A DNA stretch of 64,000 bases from Planctomycetota bacterium (GTDB taxonomy: Bacteria; Planctomycetota; UBA1135; UBA2386). The stretch spans positions 3,936,001 to 4,000,000 of the forward strand of contig OZ245838.1 in the NCBI GenBank assembly GCA_965228735.1, given 5' to 3'. The notes beneath the pieces were generated by a model. That model worked only from the letters and a program-made list of their open reading frames with translations. It searched no databases and was not told where the DNA came from. Made by a program: the position numbers and the translations under genes. This document shows, piece by piece, positions 47,691 through 57,582 of the stretch. Within the stretch, counting starts at the first letter, position 1. Each line of letters opens with the position of its first letter.

Positions 47691-49973
47691 ATGGCTCGCA
47701 CGCCGCCCAGGTCGCTGGAACGAACGGTCTCTCGCCCACCGATCGTCGGGATCGGTGCCAGCGCGGGCGGACTGACCGCGATCAAGCTCATTTTCGAACG
47801 GCTCCCCGTCGACACGGGAGCCGCGTTCGTCGTGGTCCAGCATCTCTCGCTGGACTTCAAGAGCGTGATGGACGAGATCCTCGCGAGGCATACGCGCATG
47901 CGGATCGTCCGCGTCGAGGGCCGGGTTACGATCGAACCCAACTGCGTCTACCTGCTGCAACCCGGCGACGAGATCGCCGTGGACGGCAACGACCTCCGCG
48001 CCGAGCGGTTCGAGAACAAGAACCGCGTGCCGTTCCCCGTCGACACGCTGTTCGAGTCGATGGCCCTGACCACCGGTCCGACCCCGATCGCCGTGGTTCT
48101 GTCGGGCACCGGCTCCGATGGTGCGCGCGGGGTTGCCCTCGTCAAGGCGGCGGGCGGCGTCGTCATCGTGCAGGACCCCGATGGCGCCGAGTTCGACGGC
48201 ATGCCGAGTTCGGCGATCGCGACCGGGTGCGTCGACCACCGGCTCGACCCGCCGGCGATCGCGGATCTCATCGCGAGCCTGCTCACGGGCGGAAACGGCG
48301 AGGTGCATCGCCTCGCCTGCGCCCGCGCCCGCGTCCCGATGCTGATCGTGCGTAGAAACGGCGACGTCCAGTGGATCAACGCCGCGGCCGCAAACCTCTT
48401 TCGCAGCAGCGCCCCGCCGCGGAACGTACTCGAGCTGTTCGCGACCGAGGAGATGCGCTCGAGCTGGCGGACGCAGTCGCGCGCCGTCAGCAGCGGCACG
48501 ACTGCGGACGCGGCGATGGAAGGCGAGATCGAACTGGGCCCCGACACCCGCAGGCACTGCCGCCTCGATCTCGCCGGAATGGCGCTGGCCGGCAGCCCAC
48601 CCGAGCTGCTCGCCTGCCAGCTCATCGATCTCTCGGAGCAGGCTTCCCGCACCGCGGCACTGACCGCCATCGCCGAGGAACTCGAGTCCGAAGCGACCAC
48701 GGACTCGCTCACCGGTCTGCTCAATCGTCGTGGTGCCGACACCGCGATCCAACGCATCACGACCCACGATGGCCGTCGTGGCGAGCGGACGATGGCGGTC
48801 CTCATCGACTGCGACAACTTCAAGTCGATCAACGACGAGTTCGGCTACGACTGCGGCGACGCGACGCTCAAGACCATCGCCCGCCGGATGCGAGAGACCT
48901 TGCGGCCGGACGACGTCTGTGCCCGCGTTGGCGGCGACGAGTTCCTCGCCGTCCTGTCGGGCACCCGCCTCGCCGAGGCCACCCATGTCGGCGATCGGCT
49001 GCGACGAGCGATCGCGAAGACCCCGATTCACTGGCACGAGCAGCCGGTGCGGGCCACGGTCAGCATCGGAGTCGTGCCACTCGAGGCCGGGCAAACGAGT
49101 GTCGAGCGGATCCTGAGCGCCGCCGGAGCCACACTGAAACGGAGCAAGACACTCGGTCGCAACCGGGTTTCCAGCTCGCCATCGGACGGGCACGACAGCA
49201 GCGGCTTGCCTTCACTCCAACGCCACCTCGACGATCTGCTTCACGAACAGCGCGTCCGAGTCGTCCGACAGACGCTGAACGACCCGAAGTCTGGCAAGGT
49301 GGTCGCTTGCGAGTACCTGTCACGCGGTCCCGAGCCGTGGACCCAGCCCGCGCGGCTGTTCGATCTCTTTCGCCGTCATGGCCGGATCGAGACGATCGAT
49401 CTGCATTGCCTGCGCGCCTGTCTGTCCGCTTGGCGCGACGAGCTCGAGAGCGACGCTCCCCACGGCCACGGCCAAGCCGAAAGCGTTCGCAATGCCGCCC
49501 GAGTTCCGGCGCGATGCCACATCAACCTGTTGCCGACCTCTCTGACGGGTGACACGTGGCCGGCCATTCTCCACACCCTGGCGACCGCCACGGCCCCGGA
49601 GCGGATCACGCTCGATCTGAGTGAGCAGCAGATCATCGGCCCGGCCCAGAATCTGCGCAGCAAGGTCGACCAGATCCGCGAGCTCGGGATCCGCATCGCC
49701 ATCGACGACATCAGCTACGGGCGTTCGGCGCTCGAGACGCTGCTCGCCCTCGACCCGGACGTGGTGAAGATCGACTGCGGGATGATCCAGGGCATCGACA
49801 ACGACACCGGCAGGCGCCGAGCGCTCACCCGACTGGTGCAACTGGCCAGGACCGTGACCGAGGACCTGATCGCCGAAGGGGTCGAGACGGAGTCGCAACG
49901 CGAACAAATCTGCGAGCTCGACGTCCCCGTTGCCCAGGGGTTCCTCTGGAGCGATCCCGATCGCCTCGACTGA
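47691..49973 (+). CDS. CheB methylesterase-PAS-like-GGDEF-EAL multidomain protein
   Basis: GIGASAGG/VQHL/SGTGSDG; DSLTGLLNRR, RPDD..GGDEF; EYLSR, DDISYG and EGVET. Confidence 0.88.
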   Translation: MARTPPRSLERTVSRPPIVGIGASAGGLTAIKLIFERLPVDTGAAFVVVQHLSLDFKSVMDEILARHTRMRIVRVEGRVTIEPNCVYLLQPGDEIAVDGNDLRAERFENKNRVPFPVDTLFESMALTTGPTPIAVVLSGTGSDGARGVALVKAAGGVVIVQDPDGAEFDGMPSSAIATGCVDHRLDPPAIADLIASLLTGGNGEVHRLACARARVPMLIVRRNGDVQWINAAAANLFRSSAPPRNVLELFATEEMRSSWRTQSRAVSSGTTADAAMEGEIELGPDTRRHCRLDLAGMALAGSPPELLACQLIDLSEQASRTAALTAIAEELESEATTDSLTGLLNRRGADTAIQRITTHDGRRGERTMAVLIDCDNFKSINDEFGYDCGDATLKTIARRMRETLRPDDVCARVGGDEFLAVLSGTRLAEATHVGDRLRRAIAKTPIHWHEQPVRATVSIGVVPLEAGQTSVERILSAAGATLKRSKTLGRNRVSSSPSDGHDSSGLPSLQRHLDDLLHEQRVRVVRQTLNDPKSGKVVACEYLSRGPEPWTQPARLFDLFRRHGRIETIDLHCLRACLSAWRDELESDAPHGHGQAESVRNAARVPARCHINLLPTSLTGDTWPAILHTLATATAPERITLDLSEQQIIGPAQNLRSKVDQIRELGIRIAIDDISYGRSALETLLALDPDVVKIDCGMIQGIDNDTGRRRALTRLVQLARTVTEDLIAEGVETESQREQICELDVPVAQGFLWSDPDRLD

Positions 49974-50000
49974 CAGACCGGCGGGTTCGAAGGGACGGGA

Positions 50001-50651
50001 TCAGAACGCCCCGAACGGGTCGCGCGACGCACCGATCAGTGGCCACGGCCCGACCGCACGACCGCCCGACCGCGCGAGAACCGCGACGACGGCGCGCAAT
50101 CCGGCCGGCAGCCCTGGCGCCGATTCGTCGAGCACGTCGACGCTCGCAACTACGGCGTGTTCGATCTCCCCTGCCGCGAACATGCGCTGCGCCTCGCGCA
50201 GAGCCGCACCGCGCCTCGCGTCGTCGACCGACAGGCTCGACGTGAGGCCGCGCAGCCCGAAGCGCAGGGCCATCTCGCCCAGGCTCGTCGTCGGCAGCGT
50301 GTAGGGGAAGATCGTCGCTTCGACGACGTCGTCCGCGAGTGACCGGGTGTATCGCCGATCGATCTCGAGGCAGCCGACATGGGTCTCGGCGAGCACGGCA
50401 GCGGCGTGCCGCGCGGACTCGCCGAGCACGTCCTCGATCCCGGCTGCCATGGCCGCGAGAACGAGCGAACGCGAGATGCGATCGAGCCGGCGGTAGGTCG
50501 AATCCGTCCGATCGAAGAGCCGACGCGGTGTCCGCCCGTCACCCGGCGCAGCGACCCCGAGCTCTTGCCACGTGCGATCGAGTCCGCCGCTCCCCCGGAT
50601 GCGTTCCGCGTCGACCACCCCGACCGCCAGCACTGTCGGCGATTCGCTCAT
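50001..50651 (-). CDS. Beta-ketoacyl synthase chain-length-factor-like protein (KS N-domain, non-catalytic)
   Basis: RRLDRISR and FPYTLP..GEMALRFGLRG motifs; no catalytic Cys. Confidence 0.75.
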   Translation of the reverse strand: MSESPTVLAVGVVDAERIRGSGGLDRTWQELGVAAPGDGRTPRRLFDRTDSTYRRLDRISRSLVLAAMAAGIEDVLGESARHAAAVLAETHVGCLEIDRRYTRSLADDVVEATIFPYTLPTTSLGEMALRFGLRGLTSSLSVDDARRGAALREAQRMFAAGEIEHAVVASVDVLDESAPGLPAGLRAVVAVLARSGGRAVGPWPLIGASRDPFGAF

Positions 50652-51778
50652 GCCTCGAACACCGCCGCGGCCTGCACCCCGCCGAAGCCGCTCGCCACCT
50701 TGAGCAGACGCCGCGCGCGCGGCAGGGTTCGCGCCGTCGGCTGCACATCGAGTCGCGGGTCGATCGCCTTGTTCGCGAGCCCGACGTTGCCGGGCACGAC
50801 GCCGCGCTCGAGGGCGGCGATGCCGAGCAGCGTCTCGATCGTGCCCGCGGCACCGAGCGTGTGACCGGTCTGCGACTTGGTCCCGAACGCCGGCGGCGTC
50901 GACTCACCGAACACGTTGCCGAGCCCGATCGCCTCGGTCTCGTCGTTGGCCCGCGTTCCGGTCCCGTGCAGGTGCAGGACGTCGACGTCGGTCGTCGCGA
51001 TGCCCGCGTGCGCCATCGCGCGCGCGGCAGCCGTGCCGACCCCGCGACCTTCGTAGTCCGGACCGGTGACGTGACACGCATCGTTCGCGCCGGCGTGGCC
51101 CGTGAGCCGGACCGCGAACCCGCTCGGGCCGGGCGCCGCAGCGAGCACGATCGCGCCCGCACCGTCGCCGAGCGACACCCCGCGACGCTCGCGATCGAAC
51201 GGCCGACACCGGCCGGGATCGAGCGCGTGCATGGCACCGAAGCCGCGCAGGATGAACTCGTTGAGCACGTCGACCCCGATGACGAGCGCGCGGTCGAGCT
51301 CGCCCGCGACGATGCGGCGCGCGGCCATCGAGAGCGCGATCAGGCCAGAGGCGCACGCGCACGAGATCGCCTCGTGCACCGCGCCGACCTCGAGCCGCTG
51401 CGCGATGTCCTGAGCGAGGCGCAACGGCGAGCCGAAGCCCGCGCCCGGCCCCGTGATCCCGCTGAGATCGGCCTTGGTGCTGGCGACGAACACGCCGATC
51501 TCGCGCCGTTCCCGCCCCTCGACTCCGGCTTCCTCGAGCGCCTCGCGCCCCGCGACCGCACCTGCCCAACCGATGAGATCCGCTTCCTCGACGCCGGCAT
51601 CGATCGCCGCGGCCGGGATCTCGGCCGCGACTTCGGTCGGCGCGGAGAACGCGGCCGTCCGCTCACGGGCGCGCAGCGCGGACGCGCCGGCGAACACGCC
51701 GTCGACCAGCGGCGCGAGCCCACGCCCGAACCCGCTGATGGCCCCGCGACCCGCAACGAACACGTCCCGCCGCGTCAC
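50648..51778 (-). CDS. Beta-ketoacyl-ACP synthase (FabF/ApeO-like)
   Basis: SCACASG, HGTGT, KSQTGHTLGAAG and SGFGG motifs. Confidence 0.92.
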   Translation of the reverse strand: MTRRDVFVAGRGAISGFGRGLAPLVDGVFAGASALRARERTAAFSAPTEVAAEIPAAAIDAGVEEADLIGWAGAVAGREALEEAGVEGRERREIGVFVASTKADLSGITGPGAGFGSPLRLAQDIAQRLEVGAVHEAISCACASGLIALSMAARRIVAGELDRALVIGVDVLNEFILRGFGAMHALDPGRCRPFDRERRGVSLGDGAGAIVLAAAPGPSGFAVRLTGHAGANDACHVTGPDYEGRGVGTAAARAMAHAGIATTDVDVLHLHGTGTRANDETEAIGLGNVFGESTPPAFGTKSQTGHTLGAAGTIETLLGIAALERGVVPGNVGLANKAIDPRLDVQPTARTLPRARRLLKVASGFGGVQAAAVFEA

Positions 51779-52455
51779 GTTCCCCCGCCGGGCAAGACGG
51801 ATTCGACCTGGTTGTCGACATCGAGGACGTAGCCGAACCACTGATTCTCGAGTCGCACGCGCCGCGGGCCACGGCGATCGCCCTCGCCCCATTCGTACCG
51901 CACGACGATGGCGCCGTTCTGATCCGGCCGCTCGAAGCGGCGCTCCTGCAGGTGGCCGTCGCGCCAGCGCTCGCTCACCCGTTCGCCGTCGACGGTCGCC
52001 GAGCGGGCGTGGGCCGATCCGCCGACGCCCCCAGCGAAACCCCCATCGAAACCCCACGGATAGAACGCGCGCTGCGCATCGAGCAGGATGAACCGCGCGG
52101 GGAACGGCAGCTCTTCCTCGGTGTTGTTGGTCACCTGGATCTGCCCGTCGGCTCCGAGCTGGATGACGAACCCGACGGTCCCCATCGGCGAGAGTCCGAC
52201 CAGCGTCAGCATGTCGCCGCGCTTCTGCAGCGCGGCGTCGAACCCGCGCTGCTGACCCTCGCCCCACGACGCCGTCACGTGCTGCTGCCACACGACGTCG
52301 AACGGCAGTTCGGCCGGCGCGCGCAACACCCCCGGATAGTCCGCCGGCTCGAACTCACGCCGCGCGGGCGCCGCCGAGCAACCGCACGTCCCGAGAACGG
52401 TGAGAGTCGCAGCGATGGCGGTGAGTGGCGCGAGGCGCGGGCGGACGGCGGTCAT
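51775..52455 (-). CDS. DUF3261-like lipoprotein
   Basis: Lipobox-like Cys; LTLVGLSPMG..ILLDAQRAFYP pattern. Confidence 0.75.
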   Translation of the reverse strand: MTAVRPRLAPLTAIAATLTVLGTCGCSAAPARREFEPADYPGVLRAPAELPFDVVWQQHVTASWGEGQQRGFDAALQKRGDMLTLVGLSPMGTVGFVIQLGADGQIQVTNNTEEELPFPARFILLDAQRAFYPWGFDGGFAGGVGGSAHARSATVDGERVSERWRDGHLQERRFERPDQNGAIVVRYEWGEGDRRGPRRVRLENQWFGYVLDVDNQVESVLPGGGT

Positions 52456-54827
52456 GACGATCGACGGCCCATCGCGGCGCAGAGCGTCGGGGCCAGGGCC
52501 AGACACAGTAGCACGCCGACGAGAGATGTCAGGCCGATCGAGAACAACGGCGGCTGATCCGACAGCGCCAGGAGACCGAAGCCCAGCGCGGTCGAGATGC
52601 CCGCGACGACGACCGCGAGCAGGCTCGCGGAGAGCCGCCGCGGATCGCCCGCCGTCTCGGCGAGGAAGACGCCGTAGTCGACGCCCATGCTGACGACCAT
52701 GAGCAGCGCGACGAGCGTCAGCATGTTGAGCTCGACGCCGAGCAGGCCGAGCAGACCGACGGTCGCGCCGGCCGCGAGCAGCGCCGGGCCGCACGCGATC
52801 GCGGTCAGGCGAAGCGAACGGTGACGCAGGAAGACGAGGCCGAGCACAGCGGCGAGCCCGACGAGCCAGAGCTGCAGCAGACGCGTCCGATACCCCGCAT
52901 ACGCGGCCGTCAGCGTCGCGGGCACGTCGACGTAGCGGGCGCCCGGAATCGCTCCGATCGCGGCGCTGAGCGCGTCCGCGTCGCGCAGGTCGTGCAGGAA
53001 GCTCAGGAACCCGATGCCGGTCGGGAGCTCGATGCGAAAAGGCCGAACGAGTGCTTCGAGCGGAGTGTCGTCGAGGTCGGCCGGCACGACCGGTTGCGGC
53101 GCCGGCTGCGCGAGTGCCGTGCGGAACGGCTCGAACATCGATGTCCGGAACCCGGCCGCACCGAGCGCTGCGGTCGCGCGATCGAAGAGGCCATCGTCAC
53201 CGCGCACGACCGCGTCGACCGCGCGCTGCCTCTTGGCGCTCGGTACGAGCGGCTCGATGCTGCGAAAGCCGCCGAGCGCCGCGTCGGCTTCGAGCTGCCG
53301 CAGGGCGGCCGCCACGCGATCGTTGACCTCGAGTGCGGCCTGTTCGCTGTCGCCGAGTGCGACCACGAGCCGGCCCTGCTCGTAGCGCACGACCCGCTCG
53401 CGCACCGCCTCGTCGGCCGCCTGGAGTTCGGGATCGAGCCGGTTCATCGCCGCGATGTCGTCGTTCCATCGCGTCATCGGAAGCCCGGCGGCAGCGAGCA
53501 GGGTGGCGACCACGAGCGGCACGAGGAGCCAACCGCGACGCGAGCCGTTCACGCCCGCTCCGAACCAGCCCCCGAGGCGCCGAACGAGCCACTGCGCCCG
53601 CGCCGTCGGCTGCGCCGTGCGCGCGGACAAACCCGGCAGGAAGAGCCGGGTCGCGAGCACCGCACCGAGAATGCCGCACACCGCGAAGACCGCGAGCTGG
53701 CGCAGGCCGGGGAACGACGAGGCGACGAGCGCGAGGAAGCCCGTGATCGTCGTCGCGGCACCGAGCACGAGCGGTCGCCAGATCGCGCGCAGCGTGGCGC
53801 TCGGGCCGCCCGGCTCCGGCGCGAGCACGTGATGACACTGGAAGTGGATCGCGTAGTCGATCGTCACGCCGATGAGCGCCGCGCCGAACGCGAGCGTCAG
53901 ACCGTGCACGCTGCCGAAGAGCAGCTGGCACGCGAGCGTGCCGGAGAGGAAGGCCGTGGCTAGCACCGGCAGCACCAGACCCACGAGCCGCAGCGAGCCG
54001 AAGACGAGGAGCAGGAACGCCACGAGCCCGACCGTCGAGCCGACGCTCACCCGCTCGATGTCCGCCCGAATCGCCTCCTCGGCGCGCACGGCGAACCGGT
54101 TGGTGCCGCTCAGCCCGAGCTCGAGCACGCCGCCGAACTCGGTGTTCATCCGCGCGAACGCCGCATGCAGGCCGTCGAGGAACGGGCGCTGCACGGTGCC
54201 GCTCGACGCGGACGAGCGCGTCGCGAGAAACAGCACGGCCGCGCTGCCGTCCGCAGTGAGGAAGCGATCGTCGTGCATCGACAAGCCCTCGCCACGGCCC
54301 GTTGCGAGCCGCTTGAACAGGTCCTCGAGCACGAGCAACGGGTCGGCCGGCGCGATGCGCGTGAGCACCGTCGACATCGGCAGCAGCAGCCGGTCCTTGA
54401 GGTCACGGGCCGCCACTTCGAGAGCAGCCGGTGTGAGTCGCGCCCGGGCCGCCGCCACATCGGCGGCGACGAACCCGAACCGCCGCGGCTCGTAGAGCTC
54501 GTAGAGCGCCTCCTCGACGCCGGCCGGCGGGCTCGCGTCGAGGAACGCGAGCTCGTCACCGACGTGCGGCTCTGCCCGCAACTCGCGTTCGAACGTCCGA
54601 CTCGCCCGGGCCGCGGTCTCGCGGTCCGGCGCGTCGACGAGCACGACCATCATGCGGCTCAGTTCGCCGGCGGCGAGCTCACGCGCGAGCTGCACGTTCT
54701 CTGCGTCCGCACCCGCCGGCAGGAAGTGCAGGATGTCCGTGACGACCCGCAGCTGCAGCAGGACGAACGTCGCGAGGGTGGCGAGCACGAGCGCGCCGAG
54801 GCCGAGGGCGCGCCGCTCCGACGTCAC
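52452..54827 (-). CDS. MMPL/RND-type exporter
   Basis: LTLAFGAALIGVTIDYAIH and SMGVDYGVF motifs; two TM blocks. Confidence 0.9.
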   Translation of the reverse strand: MTSERRALGLGALVLATLATFVLLQLRVVTDILHFLPAGADAENVQLARELAAGELSRMMVVLVDAPDRETAARASRTFERELRAEPHVGDELAFLDASPPAGVEEALYELYEPRRFGFVAADVAAARARLTPAALEVAARDLKDRLLLPMSTVLTRIAPADPLLVLEDLFKRLATGRGEGLSMHDDRFLTADGSAAVLFLATRSSASSGTVQRPFLDGLHAAFARMNTEFGGVLELGLSGTNRFAVRAEEAIRADIERVSVGSTVGLVAFLLLVFGSLRLVGLVLPVLATAFLSGTLACQLLFGSVHGLTLAFGAALIGVTIDYAIHFQCHHVLAPEPGGPSATLRAIWRPLVLGAATTITGFLALVASSFPGLRQLAVFAVCGILGAVLATRLFLPGLSARTAQPTARAQWLVRRLGGWFGAGVNGSRRGWLLVPLVVATLLAAAGLPMTRWNDDIAAMNRLDPELQAADEAVRERVVRYEQGRLVVALGDSEQAALEVNDRVAAALRQLEADAALGGFRSIEPLVPSAKRQRAVDAVVRGDDGLFDRATAALGAAGFRTSMFEPFRTALAQPAPQPVVPADLDDTPLEALVRPFRIELPTGIGFLSFLHDLRDADALSAAIGAIPGARYVDVPATLTAAYAGYRTRLLQLWLVGLAAVLGLVFLRHRSLRLTAIACGPALLAAGATVGLLGLLGVELNMLTLVALLMVVSMGVDYGVFLAETAGDPRRLSASLLAVVVAGISTALGFGLLALSDQPPLFSIGLTSLVGVLLCLALAPTLCAAMGRRSS

Positions 54828-55546
54828 CGACCGTCCTTGCGCAGCGCCTTCGGCTCGATCCCGAACAACTCGCGCTCTTCCTTCGCCGTGAACTGCCGCT
54901 TCGGGTCGGCGCGCACGATCGTCGTGACCGTGCGATCACCGCTCGGCTCGAGGATCTCGATCTCGCGCACGAAGTAACCCTCACCGCGCAGCGTGAGCGA
55001 CTTCAGCATCTTGTCGAGCGGCTCCGCGCGCGGCCGCAGCACGAGCGACCAGCGCGATTCGTCCTTCTCGTCGAGCCGATACTCGATGCGGTAGTGCCGC
55101 GCGAGCGCCTCCCGGTCGCCGCGAAACACCCGCACGAGTGACGTCACGAACTGCTGCAACACGCCGCTCTTGCCGAGATCGATGACCTCGGTGCCCGACG
55201 TGTCCGCGACTTCGAGGCGCTCCGGTGTGATCCGCAGCCGCACGCGCCGCGGCTTCTCGACCTGGCGGACGAGGTAACCGGGCTGGCGGAAGTAGAGCTT
55301 GCCCGAGCTCTCGTACGGCACGACGAGCAGCTGCAGATGCTTCTTCTCGACGTAGGACGCCTCGAGCGCCGGCATCTCGGCGAACTTCGCGAACAGCTGC
55401 GCCGCGGTCGCCGGCCGCTTCGGGTCGAGCTGCCTCGGACCTGGCTGCTTCGGATCTGGCGTGGCGGCCGCAGGTTCCTGAGCCGGCAACGACAAAGCGC
55501 ACGCGAGGGCGCAGCTAATCGACAGGCAAACGCTCGAGGATCGCAT
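54824..55546 (-). CDS. LolA-like periplasmic carrier protein
   Basis: YVEKKHL...SSGKLYF..PG..W.L.LRP..SGDRT pattern. Confidence 0.82.
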   Translation of the reverse strand: MRSSSVCLSISCALACALSLPAQEPAAATPDPKQPGPRQLDPKRPATAAQLFAKFAEMPALEASYVEKKHLQLLVVPYESSGKLYFRQPGYLVRQVEKPRRVRLRITPERLEVADTSGTEVIDLGKSGVLQQFVTSLVRVFRGDREALARHYRIEYRLDEKDESRWSLVLRPRAEPLDKMLKSLTLRGEGYFVREIEILEPSGDRTVTTIVRADPKRQFTAKEERELFGIEPKALRKDGR

Positions 55547-55937
55547 CAGGGGTGGAAGGCAGCAGTTCGCCGGCAGCATCCGTGACCGCGAGCACCGTCG
55601 TGCCGCGCGCGCTCCAGCGCTCCGTCGCCGGATTGTAGATGTCGTAGTTCACGCGGATCAAGGGCGCCGCGGCGTTGAACCACGCGCTGATCTCCACCGG
55701 GTCGGAGTAGGCGAGCGGCGCCATGTAGCGCAGCTTGAGGTCGACCACGTACATGCGATGACCCAGCGCCCGGATCTCGTGCACCTCGAGCCCCACGCTC
55801 GCGAACAGCTCGGTGCGCGCGAGCTCGAACCACTCGAGGTAGCGGCCGTGCCACGCGACGCCGAGCGGATCGCATTGATGGAACGCCACCTTCGTGCTGA
55901 CGGTGACGGCGTGGTCGGGGCGTTGCGGTCGGCTCAC
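55515..55937 (-). CDS. Acyl-CoA thioesterase (4HBT/YbgC hot-dog)
   Basis: FHQCDPLGVAWHGRYLEWFELAR motif. Confidence 0.9.
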   Translation of the reverse strand: MSRPQRPDHAVTVSTKVAFHQCDPLGVAWHGRYLEWFELARTELFASVGLEVHEIRALGHRMYVVDLKLRYMAPLAYSDPVEISAWFNAAAPLIRVNYDIYNPATERWSARGTTVLAVTDAAGELLPSTPDAILERLPVD

Positions 55938-56833
55938 GGTTTGTTCCAGTAGTCGTAGAAGTTGAACCAGTTGTAGGGTTCCCGTCGACAGATCTCTTCG
56001 AGCTGCGCGGCGTAGCGCGTCACGACGTCGCGCAGCGCCGCATCGCGATCCTTGCGCGGCAGCTGCAGCGTCTCGGCGAACGGCGTGCACGACAGCGCGT
56101 AGTGCCCCGGCGGCTGGTAGAGGCCGAACGTCAGGTAGACCGGGCAGCGCAGCAGCGACGCGAGCAGAAAGGGCCCGGTCGGGAACTCCGCGTCCTCGCC
56201 GAAGAACGGCACCCGGATCGTGCGCTCGTTGAGGCCCGTGCGATCGCCGAGCAACGCGACGAACTCGCCCGCATCCACGCGTTCCTTGACGCTCGCCATC
56301 ACGCCGACGGGGTCGTTCCCGAGGTGAATCACGTTCTCGGCCCGGCCGGGATTGAGCTTCTCGAGCAGCGCGTTGATCATCCGCGCGTTCTCGAAGTAGC
56401 CGAGGACGTTGATCCGCAGCTCTTCGTCGTCGCCGCTCGCGCGCATGGCCTCGAAACTGCCGACGTGCGCGCCGAGCAGCACGGCACCGCGTCCCGACGC
56501 CGCCTGCGCGAACAGGTGATGGTTGCCGTCTCGCGTGAACGTCAGCCCGCGCGTCTTGCCCGAGAGCAGGAACACGCGATCGAGCGTCGCCTGCGTGAAC
56601 GTGCGGATGTGGCGATAGACGCCCCAGAATCCCGGCGGTTTGCCCTGCACGCGGGTCAGCCAGTCGCGCGACGCGCGCACGGCCTTGCGGTCGAACAGCC
56701 GGTACCACAGCGCGACGATGGCGACGAGCAACTTCATCGGCCGGCGACCGACGAGCGTCGCGATCCGGAACGTGAGCCGCGTCAGCCAGATCGCGCCGCG
56801 CTCGCGCTGCGTCAGCCACGTGTCCGCGGTCAT
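55934..56833 (-). CDS. LpxL-family acyltransferase
   Basis: RERG, AHVGSFE, LLGDR, FPTGPF and PYNWFNFYDYW motifs. Confidence 0.9.
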   Translation of the reverse strand: MTADTWLTQRERGAIWLTRLTFRIATLVGRRPMKLLVAIVALWYRLFDRKAVRASRDWLTRVQGKPPGFWGVYRHIRTFTQATLDRVFLLSGKTRGLTFTRDGNHHLFAQAASGRGAVLLGAHVGSFEAMRASGDDEELRINVLGYFENARMINALLEKLNPGRAENVIHLGNDPVGVMASVKERVDAGEFVALLGDRTGLNERTIRVPFFGEDAEFPTGPFLLASLLRCPVYLTFGLYQPPGHYALSCTPFAETLQLPRKDRDAALRDVVTRYAAQLEEICRREPYNWFNFYDYWNKP

Positions 56834-57582
56834 CGGCGCCACCGCCTGCCGGTGATCACCGAGAAGAACCAGCGCAGGCTGCCCGCGGTGCAGAGCCGAC
56901 AGTGCAGCCAGCCGAAGCGCACGTTGTCGCGGAACATCCGGAAGTGCGAGACCCCGCCCTCTTCGGCCGACAGGTACCGCACCTTCACCGGCAGGTTGAT
57001 CGTCGCGGTCCCCGCCCGCACGAGCCGAACGGCGATCTCGATGTCGAACTCCATGCCGCGCCCCACCCGCGGCAGCCTCGCGCACGCAGCGAGCGGATAC
57101 ACCCGGAAGCCGATCATCGCGTCACGAATCCGGCCGCGGCCGACCTCGAGGTTGACCCAGAAGTCGGTGACCTTCCGGCCCGTTCGGCGCAGCTGCGGCG
57201 CCGACTCGTCATACTCGGGATACCCGATGAGGAACGCTTCGGGTCGTTCGCGCGACCGTTCGGCGAACGCCGGCACCCGCGTCAGATCGTGCTGACCGTC
57301 GGCGTCGACCTGCAGGGCATGGGTGAATCCGAGCTCGCGCGCCGCGTCGAACCCGGCCTGCACGGCGCCGCCCTTGCCCTGATTGCGCGGCAGCCGGCGA
57401 ACCTCCGCGAGCCCCGCCGCCCCGATCTCCCGACACGCCGCCTCGCCGGCCGGCCCGCTGCCGTCGTCGACGACGATCACGGGCACGCCGTGCGACCGCA
57501 GCGCTTCGACGACACCACGCACGGTCATCGGATTGTCGTACGTCGGCACGACGGCGCAGAGCCGCCAGTCAGCGACGCTCAT
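56830..57582 (-). CDS. Glycosyltransferase family 2
   Basis: VVPTYDN, VDDGS, NQGKG, DADGQH and GFRVYPL motifs. Confidence 0.92.
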   Translation of the reverse strand: MSVADWRLCAVVPTYDNPMTVRGVVEALRSHGVPVIVVDDGSGPAGEAACREIGAAGLAEVRRLPRNQGKGGAVQAGFDAARELGFTHALQVDADGQHDLTRVPAFAERSRERPEAFLIGYPEYDESAPQLRRTGRKVTDFWVNLEVGRGRIRDAMIGFRVYPLAACARLPRVGRGMEFDIEIAVRLVRAGTATINLPVKVRYLSAEEGGVSHFRMFRDNVRFGWLHCRLCTAGSLRWFFSVITGRRWRR

